Positions 17,404 to 27,509 are shown, counted from the stretch's first letter. The stretch is DNA of 64,000 bases from Solirubrobacteraceae bacterium (GCA_035948945.1 DASZIQ010000048.1:14253-78252), one strand, 5' to 3'. Notes: generated from the letters alone by a model not told the origin. A program made the numbers and translations.

Positions 17404-18621
17404 TCACAGCATTCGTCCCGGGGAGCGCTCCCAGGACTCGAACGTCAGGTGGCGGCTGAGGTAGACGAAGGTCTCGCGCAAGACAGCGAGGATCGGCAGC
17501 GCGACCAGCGCGCCGACCACGCCGTAGAGCTGCAGGCCGAGCAGCAGCGCGAAGATCACCAACAGCGGGTTGATTCGCAGCGTGTGGCCGAAGATCTGCG
17601 GCGCGACCACGTGGCCCTCGAGCTGCTGCAGGCCGACGAACAGCAGGCCCACCCACAGCGCGGAGATCGGGTCGGTGAGGAGCGCCACCAGCACCGGCGG
17701 CAGCGCGCCGAGGATCGGGCCGATGTAGGGGATCAGCTCCATCACGCCGTAGAACATCGCGAACGCGACCGCATACTTCTGCCCATCGGGGAAGATCCCG
17801 ATCACGCCGAAGATGTACAGCGCGAGGCCGGTCGAGGCGCCCATCACGAAGCTGAACAGCAGCTGCCCACCCACGTAGCGCGAGACGGCGTGCTGAGCCA
17901 GCGTGGGGTAGTCGTCGGCGGGCGTGCCGTCGCCATCGGGCATCGCCCGGCGCACCAGGCGCCCGATGCGTTCGCCGTAGAGCAGCATGTAGACGGAGAG
18001 CACGAAGATCAGCACCAGGTCGAAGATCGCGCTGGCCACTTCCGTTATCAGGCCCCCGCCGAACGAGGCGATCGAGCCGGCGCTCTTGGCGAGTTTCGCC
18101 TGGATCGTCTGCAGCGCCGTTTTGCCCTGCTTTTTGAATTTGACGTGGATGCCGTGCCGGTTCAGCCAACTCTGGATGCTGGCCAGGGTTTCGTTCGCTT
18201 CGTCGACCAACTTGGGCAGGTTGTGGATGAACGACTGCACCTGGTGGAAGATCGGGTTGGCCAGCAGAAAGCCGATGCCGGCCAATGTCAGGAAGAATGC
18301 AACGTACACGGCGAGCACCGCCAGGCCGCGGGGGAGGCGCGAGCGCTGGAGGAAGGCGACAGCCGGGTTGAGGATCAGCGCGATGAGGGCCGCCACGACG
18401 AAGACCACCAACACTTTCCCCGCGGCGCGCGCGAGCGCCCATAGCGCGAGCAGCGCCAGCGGCAGCACCACCAGCTGCACCCAGCGGGGAACCACCACGC
18501 GGGGAGGCGCCAGCGGTGCGGCGGCCACCTCTTCGTCTGCCAGTTCCCGCTCCTGCGCTTGCGGCGGTGCCGCCTCGGTGGCCTGCTCCTCTACGCTCAC
18601 ATTCCTCCCATCGCCACCCAA
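17404..18621 (-). CDS. AI-2E family (PerM/UPF0118) transporter
   Basis: Multi-pass membrane protein with the typical AI-2E C-terminal block (ELIPYIGPILG, LQQLEGHVVAPQI). The true start is probably internal (for example GTG near 18600). Confidence 0.75.
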   Translation of the reverse strand: MGGDGRNVSVEEQATEAAPPQAQERELADEEVAAAPLAPPRVVVPRWVQLVVLPLALLALWALARAAGKVLVVFVVAALIALILNPAVAFLQRSRLPRGLAVLAVYVAFFLTLAGIGFLLANPIFHQVQSFIHNLPKLVDEANETLASIQSWLNRHGIHVKFKKQGKTALQTIQAKLAKSAGSIASFGGGLITEVASAIFDLVLIFVLSVYMLLYGERIGRLVRRAMPDGDGTPADDYPTLAQHAVSRYVGGQLLFSFVMGASTGLALYIFGVIGIFPDGQKYAVAFAMFYGVMELIPYIGPILGALPPVLVALLTDPISALWVGLLFVGLQQLEGHVVAPQIFGHTLRINPLLVIFALLLGLQLYGVVGALVALPILAVLRETFVYLSRHLTFESWERSPGRML

Positions 18622-18623
18622 GT

Positions 18624-19439
18624 ATGGCTGAGGCCGAGGCGACGATCCTGTTCGTCGGCGACCTCGTCGGCAGCCTCGGTAGGCACACGCTGCTCGACTG
18701 CCTGCCGCTCCTGCGCGAGCGCTACGACCCGACGTTCGTGGTCGTCAACGGCGAGAACGTCGCCGGCGGGCTGGGCATCACGCCGAAGGCGGCCAAGCAG
18801 CTGCTGGCGGCGGGCGTCGATGCGATCACGCTCGGCAACCACGCCTACCACCACCGGGAGATCTACGCGTATCTCGACACCGAGCCGCGGATCGTGCGCC
18901 CCGCCAACTATCTGCGCGGGCAGCCGGGACGCGGGGTGTGCGTGGTGGAGAGCGCCGCGGGGATGCGCCTCGGCGTGATCAACCTCAGCGGCAGCCTGTA
19001 CCTGCGCACCGGGCGCTCGGCGTTCGTCGAGATCGACGGGGCGTTGCGAGAGCTGGGCGAGGTGGAGCACATCCTGGTGGACATGCACGCGGAGGCGACC
19101 AGCGAGAAGATCGCGCTCGGCTGGCACCTCGACGGGCGTGTGAGCGCCGTGGTCGGCACCCACACGCACATTCCCACCGCCGACGGCCGCGTGCTGCCGG
19201 GCGGCACCGCGTACATCACCGACGTCGGCATGACCGGCCCGCGCGGGGGCGTGATCGGCGTCAAGCGCGAGCTGGCGCTGGAGGCGATGATCACGCAGAT
19301 GCCGGTGCGCTTTCAGACCTCCGAGGAGGACCCGTGGCTGAACGGAGTGGTGATCCGCTGCTCGAAGCCGTTGCGAGCAGACTCGATCGAGCAGGTTCTG
19401 ATGCCGCGCCCTGCGGCGCCGCCGTCGCCGTCGCCGTAA
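18624..19439 (+). CDS. YmdB-like metallophosphoesterase (2',3'-cyclic-nucleotide phosphodiesterase family)
   Basis: ILFVGDLVG, VVNGENVAGG, GNHAY, DMHAEATSEK, GTHTHIPTAD motifs. Confidence 0.8.
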   Translation: MAEAEATILFVGDLVGSLGRHTLLDCLPLLRERYDPTFVVVNGENVAGGLGITPKAAKQLLAAGVDAITLGNHAYHHREIYAYLDTEPRIVRPANYLRGQPGRGVCVVESAAGMRLGVINLSGSLYLRTGRSAFVEIDGALRELGEVEHILVDMHAEATSEKIALGWHLDGRVSAVVGTHTHIPTADGRVLPGGTAYITDVGMTGPRGGVIGVKRELALEAMITQMPVRFQTSEEDPWLNGVVIRCSKPLRADSIEQVLMPRPAAPPSPSP

Positions 19440-21222
19440 CGCCCGGAGAGTCCTCACACGGGTCGGCAGCGAGGCGGAGGGGATCGGGGTCGGCCGGCGC
19501 CGGGCGCGCGGGAGCCGCCAGCAACGCGACCATCACCAGCGGGAAGAACCACACGATGTAAAGGTAGAACCAGTATTCGAGCCCGAGCTGCAGCGCGATC
19601 AGGACAGCGGCGCAGGCGGCGGCGAGCGCGGGGATGCCACGCGGGCGGGGAAGCACCGCGAGGCCCAACGCCAGCGCGACGGCGGCGATCTGCGCAACCG
19701 TCTGCCACCCCTTCATGCCGCCATACAGCCCCCACACCGAGAAGGGCGCGCCGCGGTTGGACTGGTAGACGATCGTGCGCTCGTAGATCTCGTGCAGCGA
19801 GTCGTGCGCGAGCGCCGGAATCGAGACGAGCGCGGCCGTGAGCGCGAAGGCGAGCACGAACAGCGCCAGCGCCCGTGCGCGGCGATTTGATTGGCCGCCC
19901 GGGCGGGCCGGCAGATCCCGCAGCCCGTGTGTGGCGAGCAGCGGCGCCAGCGCCAGCGGGGCGAGCTTGGTGAGGCCGGCCAGCGCGGCAAACACCCCCC
20001 GCGCCGGCGGCGAGGAGGCGACGAGCAGCACCGCCAGCAGCAGCACCGCCACGAGCGCGTCGTTGGAGTTGCTCTCCAGCACAAACAGCGTGAAGGGATA
20101 GGAGACCCACGCGTAGGCGAGCGCGACCCCGAGCGTGGGGCCGCGGATGCGCAGGCCGAGCAGGAAGATCAATCCGACCGCGAGCAGGTCGAAGGCGATC
20201 GCGGCGGCGTGCGCGGCGGGGAGGTCGTCCCACAGGCCGCTCCACCCGAAGATCCGCTCGAACGGCACGTACGCCTCGTAGTTGACCGGCCCGTAGGTGT
20301 CGCCGTGTTCGTTGTCGGAGGGATAGTGCCCATACAGCGGTTTGCCGTCGGCGATCCGCTGAGCGCCGATCACCCCGGCGTAGCCGACGTCGATCACGTT
20401 CCCGTCGGTGACGTTCAGGCCGATGCGAAAGCCCAGCAGGAACACCACTCCGACCGCCAGCCAGGGCGCGGGGATCAGCAGCTTCAGCGGGCGTGGACGA
20501 GCACCGGATCGCAGCAACAGCAGCATCCGCACCAGCAGGTAAACGAGCGGCGGGTAGGTGAGGGGAACGGATTTGTAGATCTCGCCGTGGTTGAAATAGG
20601 CAAGCGAGACGGAGAACGAGAGCAGCACGAGCAGGTCGAGGTGGCGCAGCGCGAACGGGCGGCGCCATTCGATGAACGGCAGCAGGAACAGCGCGCACAG
20701 CGGCAGCCACACGTAGAGCGCGTTGACGTGGCGCCCAAACGCCCCGGGGTAGCCCCGCGCCATCGTCCACGCCACCTGAAAGCCAGTCCACTGTTCGAGC
20801 ACCCGTCCGCTCGCGTCGGAGATGATCACCTGCCCGATTTCCTTGCCCTTGTGGGAGAACCAGCTGACCTGCCAGCGGCCGGGGCCTTTCAGGTAGGCGC
20901 CGTCGTAGGAGCCGGGGTAGTCGGCCCGTAGCCGGCGCATCCGCGGCAGCCGGCCGGCGATTTCGAGCACTTCGTCGGAGGAGAGCCGCCGGCCCGCGGG
21001 TGGCACGATCGAGGGCGCGGCGGGCACCGGCGTTTCCGAGTTGGTGGCGCTCGTGGCGGTGGTGGCGCCGGTGTGTGTGCGCAGCCCCGCGGTCAGCTGC
21101 CGCGTCGCGATGGTGTGCCCGGCCGCCCCGACCGCCGGGGTGGCCGCCTGAAGCAGGCAGGCGCCGGCGAGAAGGGTCGCAAAGAGGGAACGGCGCACAG
21201 AGCGAGGGTACCTGCCGTGCAC
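19291..21222 (-). CDS. Polytopic membrane protein, DUF2029/GT87-like glycosyltransferase candidate with N-terminal signal and extracytoplasmic domain
   Basis: Signal-like N-terminus, then more than 10 TM segments. The family call is by general resemblance only. The 3' end overlaps the convergent ymdB-like gene by 149 nt. Confidence 0.55.
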   Translation of the reverse strand: MHGRYPRSVRRSLFATLLAGACLLQAATPAVGAAGHTIATRQLTAGLRTHTGATTATSATNSETPVPAAPSIVPPAGRRLSSDEVLEIAGRLPRMRRLRADYPGSYDGAYLKGPGRWQVSWFSHKGKEIGQVIISDASGRVLEQWTGFQVAWTMARGYPGAFGRHVNALYVWLPLCALFLLPFIEWRRPFALRHLDLLVLLSFSVSLAYFNHGEIYKSVPLTYPPLVYLLVRMLLLLRSGARPRPLKLLIPAPWLAVGVVFLLGFRIGLNVTDGNVIDVGYAGVIGAQRIADGKPLYGHYPSDNEHGDTYGPVNYEAYVPFERIFGWSGLWDDLPAAHAAAIAFDLLAVGLIFLLGLRIRGPTLGVALAYAWVSYPFTLFVLESNSNDALVAVLLLAVLLVASSPPARGVFAALAGLTKLAPLALAPLLATHGLRDLPARPGGQSNRRARALALFVLAFALTAALVSIPALAHDSLHEIYERTIVYQSNRGAPFSVWGLYGGMKGWQTVAQIAAVALALGLAVLPRPRGIPALAAACAAVLIALQLGLEYWFYLYIVWFFPLVMVALLAAPARPAPADPDPLRLAADPCEDSPGVTATATAAPQGAASEPARSSLLATASSSGSPLRSATGPPRRSESAPASA

Positions 21223-21344
21223 ACCGATGGGAGCCTCTTGAGGCGCCTTACGCGGTGCCCGGGCACAGCGGTCCGGCCGGGGCCTTCATCTATTTTTTGG
21301 ACCCAGAACACTTCATTTTGTAAAAGGGTTCTGGGTCAATTTTT

Positions 21345-22964
21345 TTACTTACTACCCCCGCCCTCACTCCCCTGGGCGGCCGCCAAGCCGAAGTGCCGGA
21401 GGATCAGCGGCGCGACATCGCGGATCGACCACTGCACGGGCGTCTCCGCTGGAAGATCCACGCCGCACAGTACCAGCGCGCCGAGCGAGTCTTCGCCGCG
21501 CAGCGAGCCGTGGCTGCCGCCGCCCGCGTGCCCCTGGCGGCCCCAGTCGAGGAACTCGTGAAAGGGCTCCGCGGAGAGCAGCACGTCCCCCGAGGTGGGA
21601 CAGCTCAACGCCGACCACGCGCGAGCGAGCGCGTCGGGATGCTCGGGCGTGTGCAACACGCCGTCGCGCACGGCCGCACCCAGCACCAGTAGCTCGCCCT
21701 CCAAGCTCCACTGTCCGCCGCGCGCGTCGCGCACGTCCCCGCCCGGCCGGAAGCGCAGCTCCCCGATCGAGGGCCGCGCGATCACGCCCTCGGCCGGTGC
21801 ACCGTGGGGGTCGCGCTCCAGCCACATCACCAGCTCCACGCCGTCGAGCGCCAGCGCGCGGCGCACGACATCGGAGCGCAGCGCCTCGGCGTGGTGTTCG
21901 GCGAGCACGTAGACCATCGCCGCGCGCTGGGTCGGGCAGACCGCGATGCGCGCCTCGCCCGCTCCCTTGGCGCGCGAGGCCGGCGCGCTTCCCGTCCTCG
22001 ACGTCCCCCCCACGCTCGACACCCCATCCCCCTGCGACGCCCCGGCGACCCGGGCGCGCTCGCCACCCCGCCCACCGCGGCCGGGCTCCAGCACGTCGAA
22101 CTCGGCGAGTGCGTCCTGCAGCGCCACCGTGGCCCGCACGGAGGCCTGCGAGTGGTCGGCCATCACCACGACGGCGTGCGTCTCCAGGAAGCGCTCGACG
22201 CCGCCCGCGGGCGCCATCATGCGCGCGAGCTGCTGGTCGGCGAGCGCCAGCGAGCGCAGCTGCCCCTCGGGGCCGTGCTTGTGGGAATGCCAGTCGTTGT
22301 CGGGCAGCGAGAGCAGCAGGAAGTCGAACAGGTCATGCTCGACCAGGTGGGCGGCGACGCAGCCGGAGTGCTGGTCGCGCACGCCGGGCATCCCCAGCCC
22401 CGAGCGGCAGCCGGTGCGCCGCGAGGCGAAGATGTCGGCGTAGAACAGCTCGCGCGGGCCCATCACCGCGTGGCGCAGCAGCGTGGCGGAGGCGATCCGC
22501 GTCAGCGCCGAGTCGCGCTGGGGCTCGTGGCGGTGGCGGCCGCGGTAGATCAGGTAGGTCGTGCCGGCGGTGCGCACGCCGGCGTCGTCGAGCGCCTCGA
22601 ACACCGTCAGCGGTTCGGGCGCAAGGTGGGCGCGGTTCATGTTGTAGACCGTGTCGGTCAGCTGACGCGCGATCCCAGAGCGCTGCGAGGCGCGGAAGGA
22701 GGAGCCGTACTCGACGTAGCGGGCCTCCTCGCGCATGTACCAGTTCATCGCCGGGATCAGGTGGCGCTCCTGCCCGGCGCCGGTCGTGATCGAGGCGGCG
22801 CACACCGGCGTCACCGACGGGAAGGCGGCGGCGCAGTCGGGAACGTAGAGCCCGCGGCGCATCAGCTCGCCGAGCACCGGCGCGGCCCCCTCGGCGACCG
22901 CCCGCTCGAGCATCTCGGGCGCCATCGCGTCGATCACGCAGAGGACCAGCTTCGGCGCAGCCAT
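21345..22964 (-). CDS. Alkaline-phosphatase-superfamily protein (type I phosphodiesterase / nucleotide pyrophosphatase-like)
   Basis: VLCVIDAM...FPSVTPV metal-ligand region and HSHKHGP, GSHGSL near the C-terminus. Confidence 0.6.
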   Translation of the reverse strand: MAAPKLVLCVIDAMAPEMLERAVAEGAAPVLGELMRRGLYVPDCAAAFPSVTPVCAASITTGAGQERHLIPAMNWYMREEARYVEYGSSFRASQRSGIARQLTDTVYNMNRAHLAPEPLTVFEALDDAGVRTAGTTYLIYRGRHRHEPQRDSALTRIASATLLRHAVMGPRELFYADIFASRRTGCRSGLGMPGVRDQHSGCVAAHLVEHDLFDFLLLSLPDNDWHSHKHGPEGQLRSLALADQQLARMMAPAGGVERFLETHAVVVMADHSQASVRATVALQDALAEFDVLEPGRGGRGGERARVAGASQGDGVSSVGGTSRTGSAPASRAKGAGEARIAVCPTQRAAMVYVLAEHHAEALRSDVVRRALALDGVELVMWLERDPHGAPAEGVIARPSIGELRFRPGGDVRDARGGQWSLEGELLVLGAAVRDGVLHTPEHPDALARAWSALSCPTSGDVLLSAEPFHEFLDWGRQGHAGGGSHGSLRGEDSLGALVLCGVDLPAETPVQWSIRDVAPLILRHFGLAAAQGSEGGGSK

Positions 22965-23065
22965 CCGATCAGCAGCTCGAAACCGTCATTGGGATGCGCA
23001 TGGGCGGGTGCTTCGAACAGCCGTCCCAAAGCCGGCCCTCAAAGTTGTCCGGGTACGGGCCACGC

Positions 23066-23692
23066 TCACCGTCCGAGGATGCGCAGGCCGGCATACTTGC
23101 GCCCGGCACGTCGCCGGTCGGCAAGCAGCAGCCATCCGCACAGCGCCAGCGCGACGTAGCCGAGCGGGTGCAGCAGCGCAACGAGCGCCGCGACCACGAG
23201 CGAGGCCGCGTCGAGGTAGATCGTCAGCGCCTCGCGCGCCGCGCGGTCGGGGAGACGACCCCGCGCGCGGACGATCACCGGCCAGCAGGCGCGCTGGGAG
23301 AGGCCGACCGCGAAGAAGCCGCCCACCAGCCCCGGCCAGGCGGCGTCGCCGTGCGCCGCGAGCGTACCCGCGAACAGCAGCGCCCCCGTCCCGATTCCCA
23401 CCCCGGCGAGCGCGGCGCCGAGCGGATCGGGGCGCTGCGCGCGATCGCTCGGGTCGATGACGGGCGCCAGCCCAAGCAGCATCTGCAGCGCGTAGGCGAG
23501 CACCAGCGCGACGCACACGACGAGCAGCCACCAGTCGTCTTGCAGGAAGTGGAAGGCGCCGTGCGCGAAGCTGACGCCGAGCGCATCGGCGGACGCGAGC
23601 GCCCCGGCGAGCAGCGCCGGCATGAACGGACGCAGCCCGGCGGCGAGCGCGAGTCCGAGTCCGAGTCCGATGTAGAAGACGAGGCCGTTCAT
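23066..23692 (-). CDS. DUF4126-like membrane protein
   Basis: Start at ATG 23692 (MNGLVFYIGLGLGLALAAGLRPFMPALL). Multi-TM, Gly/Ala-rich. Confidence 0.5.
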   Translation of the reverse strand: MNGLVFYIGLGLGLALAAGLRPFMPALLAGALASADALGVSFAHGAFHFLQDDWWLLVVCVALVLAYALQMLLGLAPVIDPSDRAQRPDPLGAALAGVGIGTGALLFAGTLAAHGDAAWPGLVGGFFAVGLSQRACWPVIVRARGRLPDRAAREALTIYLDAASLVVAALVALLHPLGYVALALCGWLLLADRRRAGRKYAGLRILGR

Positions 23693-23744
23693 GTGACGAG
23701 GCTTGCAAACGCGCCCGCGCGCTTGCGCTACGGTCTGAGGCGCC

Positions 23745-25199
23745 ATGACGATAGAGGATGGGGGCCCACCCGCCCGCTCACCCACCCGCGGGGCTCGCCC
23801 CACCGCGCACGAGCTGGCCCGCTACGAGCGGCTGTTCGCCGCGCGCACGCGCGGGATGCGCTCCTCGGCGATGCGCGAGATGATGGCGCTCACCGAACGG
23901 CCCGACGTGATCTCGCTCGCCGGCGGGCTGCCCGACACCTCGACGTTCCCGCCGGAGCTGTACGCGAAGCTAATGGCGCACGTCGCCGCCGACTCGACCG
24001 CGCGGGCGCTGCAGTACGGCCCGACGGAGGGGATGGCGGCGACGATGGAGTGCATCGTGCAGGTGATGGCCGAGGAGGGCACCGCCGTCACGACCGAGGA
24101 GATGATCGTGACGACCGGTGGCCAGCAGGTGATCGACCTCGTCTGCAAGACGCTGATCGACCCGGGCGACGTGATCGTCGCGGAGGCGCCCACCTACCCG
24201 GGCGCGGTGCCCACGTTCGGGGCCTACCAGGCCGATGTGGTGCAGATCGAGATGGACGAGGACGGGATGCCGATTGACGCGTTGGAGGCGACTCTCGACC
24301 GCCTGCAGGCCGAAGGCAGGCGGCCGAAGTTCATCTACACGATCCCCAACTTCCAAAACCCGGGCGGCGTGACGATGTCGCTGGAGCGCCGGCGCCGGCT
24401 CGTGGAGCTCGCCCGCGAACGGGAGCTGCTGGTGCTGGAGGACAACCCCTACGGCCTGCTGCGCTACGAGGGGACGCCGCTGCCGACGCTGTACTCGCTG
24501 GACGCCGCCAACTCCGGTCGGCGAGGCACGTCGGACCTCGTGATCTACCTGGGAACGTTCTCGAAGATCCTCTCCCCCGGCCTGCGGCTCGGCTGGGCGG
24601 TCGCGCCGCGACCGGTGCTGGAGAAGCTCAACCTCGGCAAACAGGGGACCGACCTCTGCTCCTCCCCGGTCACGCAGCTGTTCGTGGCGACGTACTTCCG
24701 CGAGCACGATTGGCGCGGATACCTGGAGGAGCTGAAGGGTCTTTACCGGCGGCGACGCGATGCGATGCTGGAGGCGCTGGAGGAGCACTTCGGCGGGAGG
24801 GCCGCCTGGAACAGACCGCAGGGCGGCCTGTTCGTGTGGGTGACGCTGCCGGGGTACATCGACACCACCGGCCTGCTCGCGCAGTGCGAGGGGGTGGCGT
24901 TCGTCCCGGGCCGCTCCGCGTACATGGATGGGCGTCGTGGCGCCTCGTCGATGCGGCTGAACTTCGCAGGCCTCCCCGAGGACGAGTTTCGCGAGGGCAT
25001 CCGGCGGATCGGCAGGAGCATGGGCGGAGACACCGGCCTCCTCAGCACATTGATGGGCTCCCCAGCCGCGCCCCCGCCCCGCCCGGATTCCGCGAAGGGC
25101 ACAACAGGCGGGGATGGGGTGAGCCCAGTGATCGCGGATGTGCTCGAGTTGCCTCTCTCCGGGAAATCGGGTAAGGGCCGCCGGCGGCAGCAGCGATGA
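23745..25199 (+). CDS. PLP-dependent aminotransferase, class I/II (2-aminoadipate / aromatic aminotransferase-like)
   Basis: ISLAGGLPD, QYGPTEG, IPNFQNPGG, and GTFSKILSPGLRLGW Lys motif. Confidence 0.8.
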   Translation: MTIEDGGPPARSPTRGARPTAHELARYERLFAARTRGMRSSAMREMMALTERPDVISLAGGLPDTSTFPPELYAKLMAHVAADSTARALQYGPTEGMAATMECIVQVMAEEGTAVTTEEMIVTTGGQQVIDLVCKTLIDPGDVIVAEAPTYPGAVPTFGAYQADVVQIEMDEDGMPIDALEATLDRLQAEGRRPKFIYTIPNFQNPGGVTMSLERRRRLVELARERELLVLEDNPYGLLRYEGTPLPTLYSLDAANSGRRGTSDLVIYLGTFSKILSPGLRLGWAVAPRPVLEKLNLGKQGTDLCSSPVTQLFVATYFREHDWRGYLEELKGLYRRRRDAMLEALEEHFGGRAAWNRPQGGLFVWVTLPGYIDTTGLLAQCEGVAFVPGRSAYMDGRRGASSMRLNFAGLPEDEFREGIRRIGRSMGGDTGLLSTLMGSPAAPPPRPDSAKGTTGGDGVSPVIADVLELPLSGKSGKGRRRQQR

Positions 25200-26290
25200 G
25201 TGCCGACACCCCCGCTGGCCGATCTCCGATCGATGGCGGGGATACGAGCGGCAGTACACGCTCCACGCGGGGAGCGCACCTGCGGGTGGCAGGCAAAGGC
25301 GGGGCGAAGGGGGCTGGTAGGCGAGTCGCCGTGCTCAAGGGCGGGGGGTCGCTGGAGCGCACCGTCTCGCTGCGATCCGGAGCGCGTGCCCAGGAGGCCC
25401 TGCTGGCGCTCGGGCACGAGGTGATCTCGATCGACGCCGGGCCCGAGCTCTTGAGCGAGTTGCTGGAAAGCCGGCCCGACGCGGCATTCGTGACGCTGCA
25501 TGGCCGCGACGGCGAGGACGGTACCGTGCAGGGATTGCTCGAGGCGATCGGAGTCCCATACACAGGCTCGGGGCCTGCGGCGTGCATGCGCTGCACCGAC
25601 AAGGGGCTTGCCAAGTACCTGATGCGCGAGGCTGGCATTCCCACGCCGGACTTCCACGCCTTCAAGGAGAGCGCAATCAAGGAGCTCGGCGTGGCGGCGG
25701 CGCTGCCACGTATTGGGCAAGAGCTCGGGTTTCCAATGGTGGCCAAGCCCAACAGCCAGGGCTCGGCGCTGGGCGTGAAGTTTGCGCAATCGAGCGAGGA
25801 GCTGCCAGCCGCAATCGTCGCGGCGCTCTCCTACGATCGCAAGGTGTTGCTGGAGCGCTACGTCAAGGGGCGCGACCTGGCGGTGTCCGTGCTCGACTCG
25901 GAGGATGGGAGCCCGCCCGCCCGGGCTCCCATCCCCGAGCCGTCAGCGATGCCTGTGATCGAGGCGATCCCGCGCGAGCAGGACTTCTACGCCTACGAGT
26001 CGCGCTACGAGATCGGCATGACCACGTTCGTGTGCCCCGCCGAGCTGCCCGCCGAGACGACCGCGCGCGCGCAGGAGCTGGCCTTGCAGGTGTACAGGCT
26101 GCTCGGCTGCCACGGGGTCGCACGCGTCGACCTGATGCTCGACGAGGAGAGCGGGGAGCTGACGGTGCTGGAGATCAACGTCGTGCCCGGCATTACCGAA
26201 ACCAGCCTGCTCCCCCTGGCGGCGGAGGTCGTGGGAATCGATCTCATCGCGCTGGTGGGGCGGATCTTGCAGAGCGCATTCACGCGGTAG
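25196..26290 (+). CDS. ddl: D-alanine--D-alanine ligase
   Basis: VAVLKGGGSLERTVSL, HGRDGEDGTVQGLLE, ATP-grasp core, LEINVVPG. ATG overlaps the upstream stop (ATGA at 25196-25199). The true start may be internal. Confidence 0.85.
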   Translation: MSADTPAGRSPIDGGDTSGSTRSTRGAHLRVAGKGGAKGAGRRVAVLKGGGSLERTVSLRSGARAQEALLALGHEVISIDAGPELLSELLESRPDAAFVTLHGRDGEDGTVQGLLEAIGVPYTGSGPAACMRCTDKGLAKYLMREAGIPTPDFHAFKESAIKELGVAAALPRIGQELGFPMVAKPNSQGSALGVKFAQSSEELPAAIVAALSYDRKVLLERYVKGRDLAVSVLDSEDGSPPARAPIPEPSAMPVIEAIPREQDFYAYESRYEIGMTTFVCPAELPAETTARAQELALQVYRLLGCHGVARVDLMLDEESGELTVLEINVVPGITETSLLPLAAEVVGIDLIALVGRILQSAFTR

Positions 26291-26449
26291 GCAGAGGTCG
26301 ATGCACGCACGCGGCCGATGCGCACGCGGCCGGTGCGCAAGCCCGCGTGCCGGGCCCCAATGCACCTCCGTCGCCGGGCACGGAGGCCCGGCGCCCACCA
26401 CCGCGGCCCGCGCACTGACCCGCGCGGACGATCTCCCCCCTCAACCCCC

Positions 26450-26941
26450 TCACGAATCGCCGGCGGCGAAGTCCTCGGGCGAGACCTGATCCAGGAACTC
26501 CTTGAACTGCTCCACGACGTCCTCGGACTCCTCCTCGTTCTGCTCGAATTCGATCGCGCTCTCCGCGATTACCTCCTCCGCCGCGAAGATCGGCGCGCCG
26601 CTGCGCACCGCCAGCGCGATCGCGTCGCTGGGGCGGGAGTCGATCTCGAGCTCGCGGCCGTTGACCGACAGGGTGATCTGCGCGAAGAACGTGTTCTCGC
26701 GCAGCTCCGTCACCGCGACCTGGGTGCACCGCACCTCCAGCTCGCCCAGCACGTCGCACAGCAGGTCGTGCGTCATCGGCCGCGGCGTGCTCGCGCCCTG
26801 CAGCTTCATCAGGATCGACGCGGCCTCGGGGTGGCCGATCCAGATCGGGAGGAACCTGTTGCCCTCGACCGTCTTGAGCAGCACGATCGGCTGCTTGCCG
26901 ACCATGTCGAAGCTGACGCCGTAGATGACCATCTCCTGCAC
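26450..26941 (-). CDS. Bifunctional nuclease domain (BFN/DUF151) protein
   Basis: PIVLLK...RFLPIWIG..EA..I and RPMTHDLL, DSRPSDAIALA motifs. Acidic tail. Confidence 0.75.
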   Translation of the reverse strand: MQEMVIYGVSFDMVGKQPIVLLKTVEGNRFLPIWIGHPEAASILMKLQGASTPRPMTHDLLCDVLGELEVRCTQVAVTELRENTFFAQITLSVNGRELEIDSRPSDAIALAVRSGAPIFAAEEVIAESAIEFEQNEEESEDVVEQFKEFLDQVSPEDFAAGDS

Positions 26942-27023
26942 TGCTGCCGTTCCTCCGCGGTGTGGGGGGGAATCCAGAGTATAGGTACCCGCTGGGGCTG
27001 CGAACGGCCCTTTCGGCCCGCGC

Positions 27024-27509
27024 TCAGGCCCGCGTGCGGAAGCTCCAGAGCTTGTTGCCGAGGAAGTTCAGCGGCATCACCGCCGCCACGGCCAGCGCCT
27101 GCGCCGCCACCTTCTCGATCCCCGCGCTCTCCACGAAGATCGTCAGCAGCCCCAGGCTGAAGCCCTCCGCCACGAGGCTGACGAGGAAGAAGCGCATCGC
27201 CTGCAGCCGCGCGCTGCCCGCGGCGGCGTCGAAGGTCCAGTGGCGGTTGAGCACGAAGTTGTTCAGCACCGCCACGAGCCACGCGATGACGCTGGACACC
27301 TGGTAATCGATCCCCGCCACGTGCACGCACACCGCGTACACGGCGATGTTGACGACGAACCCGCTGCCCCCGACGATCCCGAAGCGCACCAGCTGCAGCC
27401 AGTTGGCCGGCTTGCGCATCCCGTGCCACAGGCGCGTGTGAGGTCGGATCTCAGGGCCCGTGGGGATGCTCGCGCGCGGCATCTCCACGGCCGTGGCCTC
27501 GTCTTGCAT
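27024..27509 (-). CDS. GtrA-family membrane protein
   Basis: Start at ATG 27509. LVRFGIVGGSGFVVN and LNRHWTF motifs, 4 TM segments. Confidence 0.75.
   Translation of the reverse strand: MQDEATAVEMPRASIPTGPEIRPHTRLWHGMRKPANWLQLVRFGIVGGSGFVVNIAVYAVCVHVAGIDYQVSSVIAWLVAVLNNFVLNRHWTFDAAAGSARLQAMRFFLVSLVAEGFSLGLLTIFVESAGIEKVAAQALAVAAVMPLNFLGNKLWSFRTRA

Noticed and set aside
21291-21345. Hairpin as the intrinsic terminator of the AlkP-family gene (minus strand).
   Set aside because: On the minus-strand transcript the stem is followed by an A-rich tract, not a U-rich one. Only the plus orientation has the canonical hairpin plus T-tract.
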